From positions 155,310,001 to 155,374,000 of the forward strand of contig OZ024741.1 in assembly GCA_964016885.1 (NCBI GenBank): a stretch of 64,000 nucleotides of DNA, written 5' to 3'. A model generated the notes under the pieces. It did not search any database and was not told where the DNA came from. It worked only from the letters and a program-made list of their open reading frames with translations. This document shows positions 1 through 12,014 of the stretch, one piece after another; position 1 is the first letter of the stretch; each line of letters opens with the position of its first letter. Origin of the DNA: Eledone cirrhosa (Eukaryota). The position numbers and the translations under genes were made by a program.

Positions 1-445
1 AGGACTGATTTCAGACACCTTTCTCTCTGGCCAACAACTGGTCCGTTTCTTCCGATATCATTTCGGAAGAAGGATCAGGATGGAGAGAGAGGTGCTGCAC
101 CCCAGCCGTTTCTATGAAAGATGGGTGAAAGTGGCGAGAATGGCCCGTGTGAATGGGCCTTCACTCTACATCAGACTATAGGGGAGGAAGATGAAAGACC
201 AAGGGAGCACCCCTTCTCTGTGCTCCTGAGGAGAAGGGTTGCACACTTTTTTCGGGGGTGTGTGCGACCCCCCAAGGCGCCTCCTCTCTATTGAGGATTT
301 TGTTATAAATTTTATTTTTTGTTATATCTTATTTTATTTTTATATTTTGTTATTGCCTCCTCCTTATTGAGGACGCCTTTTTGTGTAAACTCCCCCCTTT
401 GTACTTGTCCCACTTTTGATGCCCTAGTGGCAAATAAAAGAAACA
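1..445 (+). mobile_element. Tx1/L1-clade LINE 3' end, cut by the window edge
   Basis: Near-identical to 1840-2283 and to the reverse complement of ~41308-41760. ORF2 ends ...SLYIRL* at ~181, then AATAAA and (TATC)n. Confidence 0.85.
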
Positions 446-520
<75 letters not shown>

Positions 521-521
521 T

Positions 522-1275
522 TATCCCTTCTTCATATACCACTTTAGAAGGAGAATCAGAATGGAGAGAGAGGCACTGCACCTCAGTAAATTTACTGAAA
601 GGTTGGTGAATGAAGCGAAAATGGCCCGATTGATTGGGCCTTCTCTGTTTATAAGCCTGTAGGTTAAAGAAGAGAGAAAAAGGGAGAAAGGAGCACTTGC
701 ACAACACGCTCCTGAAGTTGAGGGTTGTTCTATCGACGGGGTATTAAACAACCCATTTGTGGCGCCTATTGGGGATTTCGTTTTACACGACTGTATGTAA
801 AATCCCCGGCACATGTCCTTGTATTGTCCCCTTTTCTTGTGGGCCCTTGTGGCAAATAAAGAAATCTATTTATCTATCTATCTTGCAAAACGTGTTCCTG
901 GTGTTGAGGGTTGTTCTATCCACGGGGTGTGAAACAACCCTGCAGTAACGTTCCTCCCTATTGTGGATTTCAATTATTATTTTATTATATCTAGTTTATT
1001 ATTGGCAGTATCGGTAGAGCGTTGGACGCCATGCTTTGCAGCAAAGAGTTACGGCCCTTTATTGTCTGAATTCAAATCTCGCCACGGTTAACTTTGCCTT
1101 TCATTCTTACGGGGTCGATAAAATAAAGTTCTAGTAATACACTGGGATAATTGCTGGCCTTGTGCCAAATGTAGAAACAATTAATGTTAAAGTTATATGG
1201 TTTTTATGTAAAATCCCCGCCGCCACGTCTTGTAATGTCCCCCTTTTGTACGCCCCTGTAGCAAATAAAGAAAGA
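522..1275 (+). mobile_element. Stacked diverged Tx1-like 3' fragments (522-870; 883-1275 split by a SINE)
   Basis: YHFRRRIRMEREAL..F.ER remnant. Each piece ends GCAAATAAAGAAA followed by TATC repeats. Confidence 0.7.
1001..1183 (+). mobile_element. tRNA-derived SINE with Nin/Deu-like core (family A)
   Basis: A-box TGGCAGTATCGG, B-box-like TTCAAATC, core TTTGCCTTTCATxCTTACGGGGTCGATAAAATAAAGT. At least 7 copies in the window. Confidence 0.85.
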
Positions 1276-1300
1276 TTTCTCTCTATCCATCTATCTATCT

Positions 1301-2283
1301 GCCTGGCGCACCGAGTGTGCCCAGGCGCTCACGGCCCTCTGGCAGGCGGACCCGACTGTCAGTGGAGAATCCACCTCGTCATTCTATACAGGGCTGGTGG
1401 TTAGCAGGTGCGACGACGCCCTCGGAGAAGCCCTAGGCATGGAGGAAGACGAACTGGCCAACCTGTTCGGTAGGACATTCAGCCCGGGACCCATGGATAA
1501 CTTCCAGAGGTCCCTGGCCTGGCAATGCTACAGAAGGGCTCTGCCCGTTCGAGAAAGGCTCTACAGACACGGGCGCCCGGGTAGGGATCCCTCGAAAAAG
1601 ATCTGTCCCAGATGCGTGTGCGACGAGGAAACCGTTGCACACGCATTGGTACACTGCTCGGGCATTGCTGATCTGTGGGGCTATGTTGAACAACTGCTGT
1701 CAAGGGTGGGACCGATCCGGTTGACCACCGAGTCTATTGTAATGATCAAGCCGCCTCCCCTCTTCAAAAACGAAGGAGAGGCGGTGTTTCTGTGCGTAAT
1801 AGCCATGGCGAAAGAGGTTGTATGGTGGACGCGTCTGAAAGGACTGAGTTCAGACACCTTTCTCTCTGGCCAACAACTGGTCCGTTTCTTCCGATATCAT
1901 TTCGGAAGAAGGATCAGGATGGAGAGAGAGGTGCTGCACCCTAGCCGCTTTTATGAAAGATGGGTGAAAGTGGCGAGAATGGCCCGTGTGAATGGGCTTT
2001 CACTCTACATCAGACTATAGGTGAGGAAGATGAAAGACCAAGGGAGCACCCCTTCTCTGTGCTCCTGAGGAAAAGGGTTGCACACTTTTTTCGGGGGTGT
2101 GTGCGACCCCCCAAGGTGCCTCCTCTCTATTGAGGATTTTGTTATATATTTTATTCTGTTATATTTTATTTTATTTTTATATTTTGTTATTGCCTCCTCC
2201 TTATTGAGGACGCCTTGTTTTGTTAGCTCCCCCCTTTGTACTTGTCCCACTTTTGATGCCCTGGTGGCAAATAAAAGAAACAT
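1301..2283 (+). mobile_element. 5'-truncated Tx1/L1-clade LINE (zf-RVT C-terminus and 3' UTR)
   Basis: ORF 1397-2020 has CPRC..EETVAHALVHC. TATC repeats on both sides. Confidence 0.88.
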
Positions 2284-2516
2284 ATCTATCTCCCTACCTA
2301 CATGTCTGACAGTCTGTATATTTGACCCTCGATCTATAGTTATCTGATTATGTATATTTACCAATGTATCTATCTTTAGACCACATCAACAATAACAATA
2401 ATGCCCAATTCCCAGCAGCAGTTCCAAATAGACGTAGGCATGTATCAGTACCGATGTTTCGTCCGCAAAAAACAACCAAAAACATATAAACTATAACCTT
2501 TTCTTGTTGAGTGAGT

Positions 2517-2565
2517 AAATGTCATTGATGACGAATAAATATCCAGAAACACGCATCTGACATTT
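2517..2565 (+). ncRNA. Degenerate type I hammerhead ribozyme
   Basis: Stem I AAATGTCA/TGACATTT encloses TTGATGA..GAAAC. The core is mutated. Confidence 0.5.
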
Positions 2566-2643
2566 TCATACTACTGAGATGTCTGTGACATGATCACTGC
2601 GTAGAATATTCATAGCGGGACTCTCGTATGTTTTTTATTGTAT

Positions 2644-2832
2644 GGTGGATTGGTAGTATCGGTAGAGGGTCGGATACCATGCTTTGTAACATAGAGTTAC
2701 GCCCCTTTACGGTCTGAGTTCAAATCCCGCCGAAGTTAACTTTGACTTTCATCCTTACGGGGTCGATAAAATAAAGTACCAGTAATGCACTGGGATAATT
2801 GCTGGCCTTGTGCCAAAAGTAGAAACAATTAT
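2644..2832 (+). mobile_element. SINE family A
   Basis: Full copy with A/B boxes (GAGTTCAAATCCC) and Nin-like core. Confidence 0.88.
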
Positions 2833-3195
2833 TGTATACACCTTCATATACGACGCCACTATTATGAATCACCTTTTGTTAGTGCTACAGCTAAACACAC
2901 AAACACACACACAGACACACACACACATACATACAAACACACACACACTTACACGCACACACACAAACACACACACAAGCACACGCACACACACACACAC
3001 ACACACACAGACACACACACACATACATACAAACACACACACACTTACACACACACACTCAAACACACACACAGACACACACATACATACATACAAACAC
3101 ACACACACTTACACACACACACTCAAACACACACACACACACATACATACAAGCACACACACACTTACACACAAGCACACGCACACGCACACAAG

Positions 3196-3235
<40 letters not shown>

Positions 3236-3632
3236 ATATTCAACCCCCCACACCATATGTATGAGTGTGTAATGTATTTGTGTGGTGTGTATGTGTGTGA
3301 TATTTGTGTGTGGTAAGCAGTGTATGCGGAGGAGGGTTGATGTCAATTGACACGCCCATGCTCGCATTACATCGGCTAGGGCGGGGATGTCATCTTCATT
3401 ATCAGCAGCAGCAACAGCGGCGACATAACCTCTGAAGTTGTAGCAGACAACAGACACACATATACACGCGTACACACAGACACACACTCCCACACGCACA
3501 CATCGAAGTGCTTATACAAATGGCTGCACACACGCACACACACGCACACACGCACCACATAGACACACATATATAAATAGACCATAATTACACATCCACA
3601 TATTTATAAGCACACGTATATTAACAGACATG

Positions 3633-3710
<78 letters not shown>

Positions 3711-3712
<2 letters not shown>

Positions 3713-3874
3713 TTTTAATATAGATGAGATTCTACAGGACTAGAACTGTTTCATTCTTTAAGAATGAAACAGTTCTAGTCCTGTAGAATCTCATCTATAT
3801 TAAAACTTTTATACTCTGCAATGTATTGACTACCTTACTTACTGTGGTTACCTCCGATTCAACCCGGAATAACG

Positions 3875-3876
<2 letters not shown>
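3711..3876 (+). mobile_element. Fold-back mini element (97-bp perfect palindrome plus tail) in (TA)n
   Basis: 3711-3758 is the reverse complement of 3760-3807. The right arm and tail match 52061-52170. Confidence 0.85.
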
Positions 3877-3935
<59 letters not shown>

Positions 3936-4044
3936 TATATGTAATGTATATATACACACATATATATATATATGTAATGTATATATATATGCATTGAGTG
4001 CTCATACGGCCTACCGCATCCGGACGCTTTAAGCATCCAACACC

Positions 4045-4173
<129 letters not shown>

Positions 4174-4221
4174 TATATATATATATGTATGTATATATAA
4201 ATATATACATATATATGTATG

Positions 4222-4281
<60 letters not shown>

Positions 4282-4604
4282 TATATATATATAAATATAT
4301 ATATATATATGTATGTATATATAAATATATATATATATATGTATGTATATATAAATATATATATATATATATGTATGTATATATAAATATATATATATAT
4401 ATATATGTATATATAAATATATATATATATATATGTATGTATATATAAATATATATATATATATATATGTATGTATATATATATATATATAATTGGTGTT
4501 GGATGCTTAAAGCGTCCGGATGCGGTAGGCCGTATGAGCACTCGATGCTCTCATAGAGAAGAGCATGATATCAACCCATAGGAAAATCTGCTTCGTAGAA
4601 TCAA

Positions 4605-4700
4605 GACGTATCTGAGGACCTTGCGATTTTCAGAGTCAGGTTCTATCATCACATCGATCATGCCTCGAGCTGGTCGCCAGAGAAACGATTGTAGTATGTC
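4605..4700 (+). ncRNA. Type I hammerhead ribozyme, long stem II
   Basis: GACGTAT-CTGAGGA...GAAAC-GATT-GTA-GTATGTC. Homologous to 45290-45381. Confidence 0.7.
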
Positions 4701-4764
4701 CAATAAATTCCATTCGTCGCAACACTGATTCTCTTTTTTTCTGTGATATATATATATATATATT

Positions 4765-5093
4765 TAAAAAAATAGAGGTGTGACACACGAGTTGTGATAT
4801 ATTAGTAAAAAAGAAAAGAAAATGGTGACAAATTTTTTCCCAGTGAAAAGTAGTTTAATTAGGAACAAGTATAAATTAGTAGAGCGCTCGTGATTTTTGC
4901 TCTAATTAGATTAGAGCAAAAATCACGAGCGCTCTATCTCAAAATTATTTTTGAAAAGCATTAGTAATGCGCAACCGGTAAAAACTTAAAACTAAAACTG
5001 AATACTAACCAATACTTATTACTAATTTATACTTTTTCCTAATTAACTACTTTTCACTGGGAAAAATTTGTCAGCATTTTCTTTTCCTTTTTA

Positions 5094-5100
<7 letters not shown>
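4765..5100. mobile_element. Fold-back element with inner 57-bp hairpin and degenerate TTGAAAA-core hammerhead
   Basis: Arms ~4799-4880 and ~5020-5100; inner palindrome 4880-4936; TTGAAAA-GCATT..AATGC-GCAAC-CG-GTA at 4951-4980. A relative lies at 50440-50600. Confidence 0.7.
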
Positions 5101-5152
<52 letters not shown>

Positions 5153-5153
5153 C

Positions 5154-5251
<98 letters not shown>

Positions 5252-5417
5252 AGGGTAAGACCTACTTCGATCACGAATGACCATGGGATTTGCACCTAGA
5301 AAGTCTGGGCAAGGTTGTTTGTAGAAGATCAGTAGTGGCTCATGCATACTAACCTCCCCTCTCCACGCCACCAGACAAGAACTCACAACCTCATGATTGT
5401 AAGCCCGACGATCTAAC

Positions 5418-5590
<173 letters not shown>

Positions 5591-5741
5591 TACATATATA
5601 CATATATATATATATGTAGGAGGTGAGTTTTATTGTAGTACAATAAAGCAATGCAGATATCGGATAAGTAGCACTCTACAGTTTGTAGGACTGGAGTCTA
5701 AATAATATATAAGATCAAAAGATGGTTAAAAGAGTTCCATG

Positions 5742-5812
5742 TATTTTATTATGCGCATTTCAAAAGCAAATACCATCATGCAATAACATTTGCGTTTTCG
5801 TCAGATAAAATA
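5742..5812 (-). ncRNA. Type I hammerhead ribozyme
   Basis: Mirror copy of 5985-6055. Confidence 0.8.
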
Positions 5813-5984
5813 GGGAGACATGATATGAAGGTTAAAACACACTTGTGAATAGTGCAGTTTTAAATCAACATATGAAAAGTATTTTTTTTCCCAATATCAC
5901 ACATCAATCTAAAACTACTTTTCATATGTTGATTTAAAACTGCACTATTCACAAGTGTGTTTTAACCTTCATATCATGTCTCCC

Positions 5985-6055
5985 TATTTTATCTGACGAA
6001 AACGCAAATGTTATTGCATGATGATATTTGTTTTTGAAATGCGCATAATAAAATA
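5985..6055 (+). ncRNA. Type I hammerhead ribozyme
   Basis: TATTTTAT-CTGACGA-stem II-GAAAT-GCGC-ATA/ATAAAATA. Palindromic stem III ATGCGCAT. Confidence 0.82.
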
Positions 6056-6862
6056 CATGGAACTCTTTTAACCATCTTTTGATCTTATATATTATATATA
6101 TATACACCCCCCCCCACACACGCATATATATATATATATATAACGAAGGAAATGTGGTAAGGAACCAGATGGACCATAACGCACCAAAGTACTCAATACT
6201 TAGGGTAGTAGTGTACTAGTGGGTAATAGGTCCTACTCGTTCCTATATATATATATATATTTAAAAAAAAAAATTTTTTTTTTTTTTTTTTTAAATTTTC
6301 TTATTTTACGTCTTTTATATTATTGTTCTGCATCCTCCTGCATTGAACCACCTAGGTACTATAACATAACCTGTGTATTTGCTGGCATTAGCGTACATCT
6401 GTGCGCTTATGTTAGTAGATATATTAAATTATCTATATTTATCTCCAAATCACTGATTTGTCGAGCAAACCTGCCAAAACCACTTCTAAATTTTTTTTGG
6501 GTGTTAGTAGGCGTCTGTCATCTTACCATCCCATTCCTACTGACTAGCCTCTGTGTCACGTGATTGATTCTTTAGAATCGGCCATATGACCAGTGGCAGT
6601 GAGAATTTTTAGTGCCTGGAATCCAGTCCTCGATAGCTGTTCCATTTACCGAATTATTATTATTTTTATATGAGTCCCCAGTGTCCGCGCATTGCCTGGA
6701 GACTTGGCTGAGAATAGATCTCCCTGATGACGCAATGAAATTCTCAACAGTTCATTACGTAACTGTCTTTATCCCATTGCAGAAACTAATTAGTTGGAGT
6801 GAAAATTTAAGTAAGTAAGTTAATTTTTTAAAAATTTTTTAAAAAAATTTTCTTATTTTACG

Positions 6863-6921
<59 letters not shown>

Positions 6922-7404
6922 GCCTTGCTCTCAAGGACACAACGTGATGCCGGGAATCGAACTACGACCTTACCATCGTAAGCTGAATACCCAAAACACT
7001 AAGCCACGCATCTTCAGAGAAGGGCAAATAGAGTGAAAGAATGGAAGTGAGAAAGAGATACGGAGGAGGTATCGAATAGCAGTACTAGTCTGGTACCCTT
7101 TTAGCGATGTGGACTGGATGAAAGGCAAAGTAGACCTCGGCGGGATTTGAACTAAGAGAGTAGAGAGTCGAAACGAATACTGCATATATATATATATATT
7201 GTCAAATTATCCCGAGTTGGTTTTCTCGTTGCTTTGGTCCTTGCGGCTGGCTCACCGGTCGTAGTCTTCAATTTGTCAAGCTGTCTAAACGTATGTTATT
7301 ACTCTAAGGTGAAACTACCTTATTGAGTGCTTAGCTGCACATTCCGGATTGCATTCGTTAGCATGGCCGCAGTCAGAGCTTCGATTCTACTGAACTTCCA
7401 TTTG

Positions 7405-7440
<36 letters not shown>

Positions 7441-7444
<4 letters not shown>

Positions 7445-7647
7445 CGAAGGAAGTATGGTAAGGACCCAGATCGACCATAACGTACCAGAATACTCAATAC
7501 TTAGGGTAGTAGAGTGGGTAATAGGAAAATGTTTAACCCCGACGGCAGAGCTCAAGCCGTTTCGACGGCTATTTCTGGACTAAAATAGTCCAGAAATACC
7601 CGTCGAAACGGCTTGAGCTCTGCCGTCAGGGTCATACATTTTCCTAT
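7441..7647 (-). mobile_element. Fold-back mini element, 'GTCCAGAA' family
   Basis: Palindrome 7521-7647 plus tail. Relatives at 6141-6245, 21058-21150, 23668-23800, 23897-24097, 48375-48525 and 62840-62900. Confidence 0.85.
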
Positions 7648-7886
7648 ATATATAAATAAATATAGTTATACTTGGGGAGGGTCATATTTGTGTAATATAT
7701 ATATTTGCCTCGCAAAACTAAATATATATATATATATATATATATATAGATAAATAGATAGATATAGATATATATATAAATATACACGGGTGTGTATGAT
7801 TGTGTATAGAAGATTATATTAATAAAAGGAATTCCAACTTTGTCTGATTTACTCGTTTTATTTACAATCCTTTAAAATTTATAATG

Positions 7887-8132
7887 GTATTAGAATGAAA
7901 TAGTATGGTAGAATATTAAATGTTAGGTGTTAATTGAACAAGTACTTTCATGCTTTCGCAATCTTCAGGTTCATATTCTGTGGTGACAGTGATGTTTGCA
8001 ATTTTCAACTGGGAAAATTGCAAACTTGACTGTCACCACAGAATATGAACCTGAAGATTGCGAAAGCATGAAAGTACTTGTTCAATTAACACTTAACATT
8101 TAATATTGTACCATACTATTTCATTCTAATAC
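7887..8132. mobile_element. ~245-bp fold-back with two mirror hammerheads (7935-7973 minus, 8046-8084 plus)
   Basis: TGAAC-CTGAAGA-TTGC GAAA GCAT-GAAA-GTAC-TT/GTTCA in both arms. Confidence 0.82.
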
Positions 8133-8238
8133 GGTGATTCTAACTGTTAGCACTATCATATATTTAGGTTTCTATTAATTCCCTAGGAAATTGTTTGACC
8201 AAATGCTTTGCTTAATTGTTTATTGTTTCTCAATTTTC

Positions 8239-8410
8239 ATTCTCTCTAAGACATTTTTTAAAATATATTTTTTGAAAGCAAAGCATTGGCCCCTAAAATA
8301 CTACAGTGGGCTCCTGCAATTTTACCGTAGGCCTCTGCAGTCCTACTGTGGTCCCCCTGCGGCCCACTTGCCATTGGGCAACCTGTCAACCTGGCCTGTC
8401 CACCCCTATA

Positions 8411-8453
<43 letters not shown>

Positions 8454-8884
8454 GCCAAGATATATACTATATATTTATATAGTAGCGAAGACGGTACTTT
8501 TTTCCCTAAAATAAGTCTCAAAAATCTACCATGCGTCTTGGAGGCCAAAGGTTGTTTATTATTTTTTCTCAAATTTTTGGTTGTCAAAATTAGGGTGCGT
8601 CCTCGAGGATGAAGCGTCTTCGGCGCCGGGAAATACGAAGAGTGTATATATATATATATATATATATACACTCTTCGTATATAGTATATATCTTGGCCAC
8701 TATGTATATATATATAGGGGCGGACTAGCCAGGTTGACAGGTTGCCCAATGGCAAGTGGGTCGCAGGGGGACCACAGTAGGACTGCAGAGGCCCACGGTA
8801 AAATTGCAGGAGCCCACTGTAGTATTTTAGGGGCCAATGCTTTGCTTTCAAAAAATATCTTTTAAAAAATGTCTTAGAGAGAAT
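8239..8884. repeat. ~170-bp inverted repeat enclosing nested shorter inverted repeats
   Basis: 8239-8410 vs 8713-8884; 8449-8471 vs 8680-8703; short TACGAAGAGTGTA/TACACTCTTCGTA pair inside. Confidence 0.85.
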
Positions 8885-8964
8885 AAATCTGCCGGACCGG
8901 CTACCGCTCTTTCAAACCAGTTCCTGTACACAGCTAAGTATTCTATAAGTCTCTAGCTGTGTCG

Positions 8965-9051
8965 TTCTCGATAAAAGCATTGGATATGTAATCCTGATGA
9001 TTTCTAATAAGAATGAAACGCGTAGGTTACTTCCCTTGCTTTTATCGAGAA
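8965..9051 (+). ncRNA. Minimal type I hammerhead with extended stem I
   Basis: GTAATC-CTGATGA-TTTC TAATAA GAAT-GAAAC-GC-GTA/GGTTAC; outer helix TTCTCGATAAAAGCA/TGCTTTTATCGAGAA. Confidence 0.88.
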
Positions 9052-9417
9052 TCTCAAATTGTAATACGTGACGTATTCTATTCTATAGCGATTGGGTCTT
9101 CAAAATGTTTATTATAAACATACAGAATATTTTCGAATATTCTATGTTTGTCTTCACATATATATCGCTATTTCAGAGCATTAAATCCAAATTATATATA
9201 TATTTATATATATATATATATATATATATTTGTCGTTCTATTTAGTTACTAAAAATCTTTTTTAGTGGCGATTATAGACGGCTAGTCTACGATTTCCCGC
9301 CTTCACTATACACCAATGTATTTACGGGTCATTTTACGACCTTTCAGATCAGTATTAGTTGGAGTGAGGTCATATATTTTGTCGTTCCTGGGGTTTTTAA
9401 CCCTAGGACAGGAAAAT

Positions 9418-9498
9418 GCTTCTCTGATGATCGTTGCTTTTCCATTAATATCCTCGTGGCATTTAATGTTTTGCACCGTGAAACTGTACAGTTAGAGC
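9418..9498 (+). ncRNA. Type I hammerhead ribozyme
   Basis: TCT-CTGATGA...GAAAC-TGTACA-GTT/AGA. Palindromic stem III ACTGTACAGT. Confidence 0.72.
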
Positions 9499-9696
9499 TA
9501 TTTGAATAGGTAAATATTTATATTATATTTTTTAATTTTGATTAATTTTAATTGTATATTAATTTTGATTTATTTTGAAAAATTGGTTGAATTTTACTTG
9601 TTCTGCTTATCTTGATATATATATATATATATATATATAGGTAATGTTAATTTTTTAAAATTTATTTTGAAACTTTTTCCTTATTTGCTAAACCTT

Positions 9697-9778
<82 letters not shown>

Positions 9779-9940
9779 TATATATATATATATATTAAAG
9801 AGTTAAACAAGATTCAATGAGTACATCAAAGAATGAGTTTTACAGTAGATTGGAAACACTCTACAGTTAAGGAATTTTCCAGAGTTATTAATATTAAAAT
9901 AGAAATATTAATGAAATAGATGTTCTTTTGATCAATTAAA

Positions 9941-9990
9941 TTTTATTATACATATTTCAGAGGTACAACAGTACGTCCTCATCAGACAAT
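9941..9990 (-). ncRNA. Type I hammerhead ribozyme
   Basis: Minus strand TTGT-CTGATGA-GGACGTAC TGTT GTACCTCT-GAAAT-ATGT-ATA/ATAA. Homologue of 21246. Confidence 0.75.
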
Positions 9991-10015
9991 ATATATATAT
10001 ATATATATATATATA

Positions 10016-10595
10016 GCGGCGATGAATTAGTTTTGCGAGGTTTTTTATATGAAATCGTGTGTCGAAACAGATATTGTTATATTTGGGGAGGGTCATATTT
10101 GCGTAATATTGCCAGAATTAATAACAGAACACACTCACTGTTTGGTTGGTTTTCGCTTCTCGCTGTCTTTTATATATATATATCTGCGATCTAACTTACT
10201 CGGTCCGCAAAGAAGACAAAATAAAATAAGATAAACAAACAAGCAAATAAATAAATAAATATATAGACAGACTGAACAAAAAAAAAAAAAAAAAAAAATG
10301 GCGTAGACATACAACACAACAGGAGGAACAATGAATATAACACCACTGACGATGTTGCAGATGTGCAACGAAAGATTTATGTAAATTATGTAAACTATAT
10401 ATATATGTGTTTGTCTATATTGTATCTGTATTATTTTTGACCGCCGGTCAGTCAATGGCAACATTGAGGACCGAGTAAGTTAGATCGCAGATATATATAT
10501 ATAAAAGACAGCGAGAAGCGAAAACCAACCAAACAGTGAGTGTGTTCTGTTATTAATTCTGGCAATATTACGCAAATATGACCCTCCCCAAATAT

Positions 10596-10603
<8 letters not shown>
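10016..10603. mobile_element. PLE pLTR fold-back (135-bp arms) with hammerhead at 10341-10383
   Basis: 10071-10206 vs 10468-10603; CTGACGA-TGTTGCA GATG TGCAAC-GAAA. The end motif ATGACCCTCCC.AA.TATAACAATAT is shared with the GIY-YIG element at 24856-26438. Confidence 0.8.
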
Positions 10604-10649
<46 letters not shown>

Positions 10650-10669
10650 ATATATATGTATGTATATAT

Positions 10670-10757
<88 letters not shown>

Positions 10758-10765
10758 ATATATAT

Positions 10766-10803
<38 letters not shown>

Positions 10804-10906
10804 TTTACGTCCGCTTTTTTTTTTTGCTCTATGGTTCTTATATATTTGATATATATTTATTCTTATCGAGCCCTCTTTGGATTTTAGTCTTCATATTTAT
10901 TATTAT

Positions 10907-10953
<47 letters not shown>

Positions 10954-10995
10954 GAAAAATGGCGTGCAGCGTTGTTGCAAATGGGATACTTATCA

Positions 10996-11109
<114 letters not shown>

Positions 11110-11567
11110 AAACTTGGACGGGAACAAAAACAGAGAGGCAGTACAAATAAAAGTTTATTAGGTTTACGCTCTTGAGAGTGTGGGGTGTGCGTATATATAT
11201 ATATATACATATATTTAGACAGTTCTTCAGTCTAAAGTCCCTAGGGAGAATGATTCACCAAATAATGTTTGTACAAATTGAAAACATGTATTTATACATA
11301 TATATAAATCTATATATACACATGTACATGTACACACATACACACACTCCCATATATATATATATTGAATTAATGTAAAAGAGCAAAGGTCATTATTGGA
11401 AGTCTCTGGATATGTATATTTCGCAAGGTACCTTATATTTTTTTTTATTGGAGAAGGTAAGTCGGTCACTTGCATACTCTACTCTAAATAACAGTATACG
11501 ATACAATTATAGCATTCTGTAATAACATTTAGTATTACTGCTTACTGCCAGTAATATGTCCAGTATA

Positions 11568-12014
11568 TCTCCTTATAATATATAACCAGCAATTTCTCTG
11601 TTTGTCTGTCTGTCCGACAGTGGAAACACGTGCGCGCATGCGAATGTTTTTTGCGCACGCGTAGAGAGAGAGAGTGAGAGTGAAAGAAAGAGACAGACTA
11701 CGAGAGGGGGATAGCGGGAGGGAGAGAGAGAGAGTGAATAGACGCTAAAACACGTGCGCGCGTGCGAATGTTTTTTGCGCACGCGTAGAAAGAGAGTGAG
11801 AGTGAAAGAAAGAGACAGACTACAAGAGGGGGATAGCGGGAGGGAGAGAGGGGGGAATTGAGGAGTGTTACAGAAACATATATACATTTCTGTGTGTGTG
11901 TAATATATATATATATACACACACATAAATATATATACATTTCTGTGTGTGTAATATATATATATATACTAGATTTGCTAGCAGAAAACCGCCCACCGGG
12001 TGGTTTTCTGCTAG
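11568..12014 (+). mobile_element. Probable non-autonomous Helitron-like element (second family)
   Basis: TC..TATAATATATAA start, (TGTC)n, internal ~125-bp tandem duplication, terminal hairpin and CTAG. Confidence 0.5.

Larger units (their letters stand above)
5617..6095. mobile_element. PLE-type fold-back element, ~180-bp inverted arms plus tail
   Basis: 5702-5881 is the reverse complement of 5916-6095; (TA)n on both sides. Confidence 0.85.

Noticed and set aside
2644-2740. tRNA gene
   Set aside because: The A/B boxes belong to SINE heads followed by a shared body, with no proper cloverleaf.
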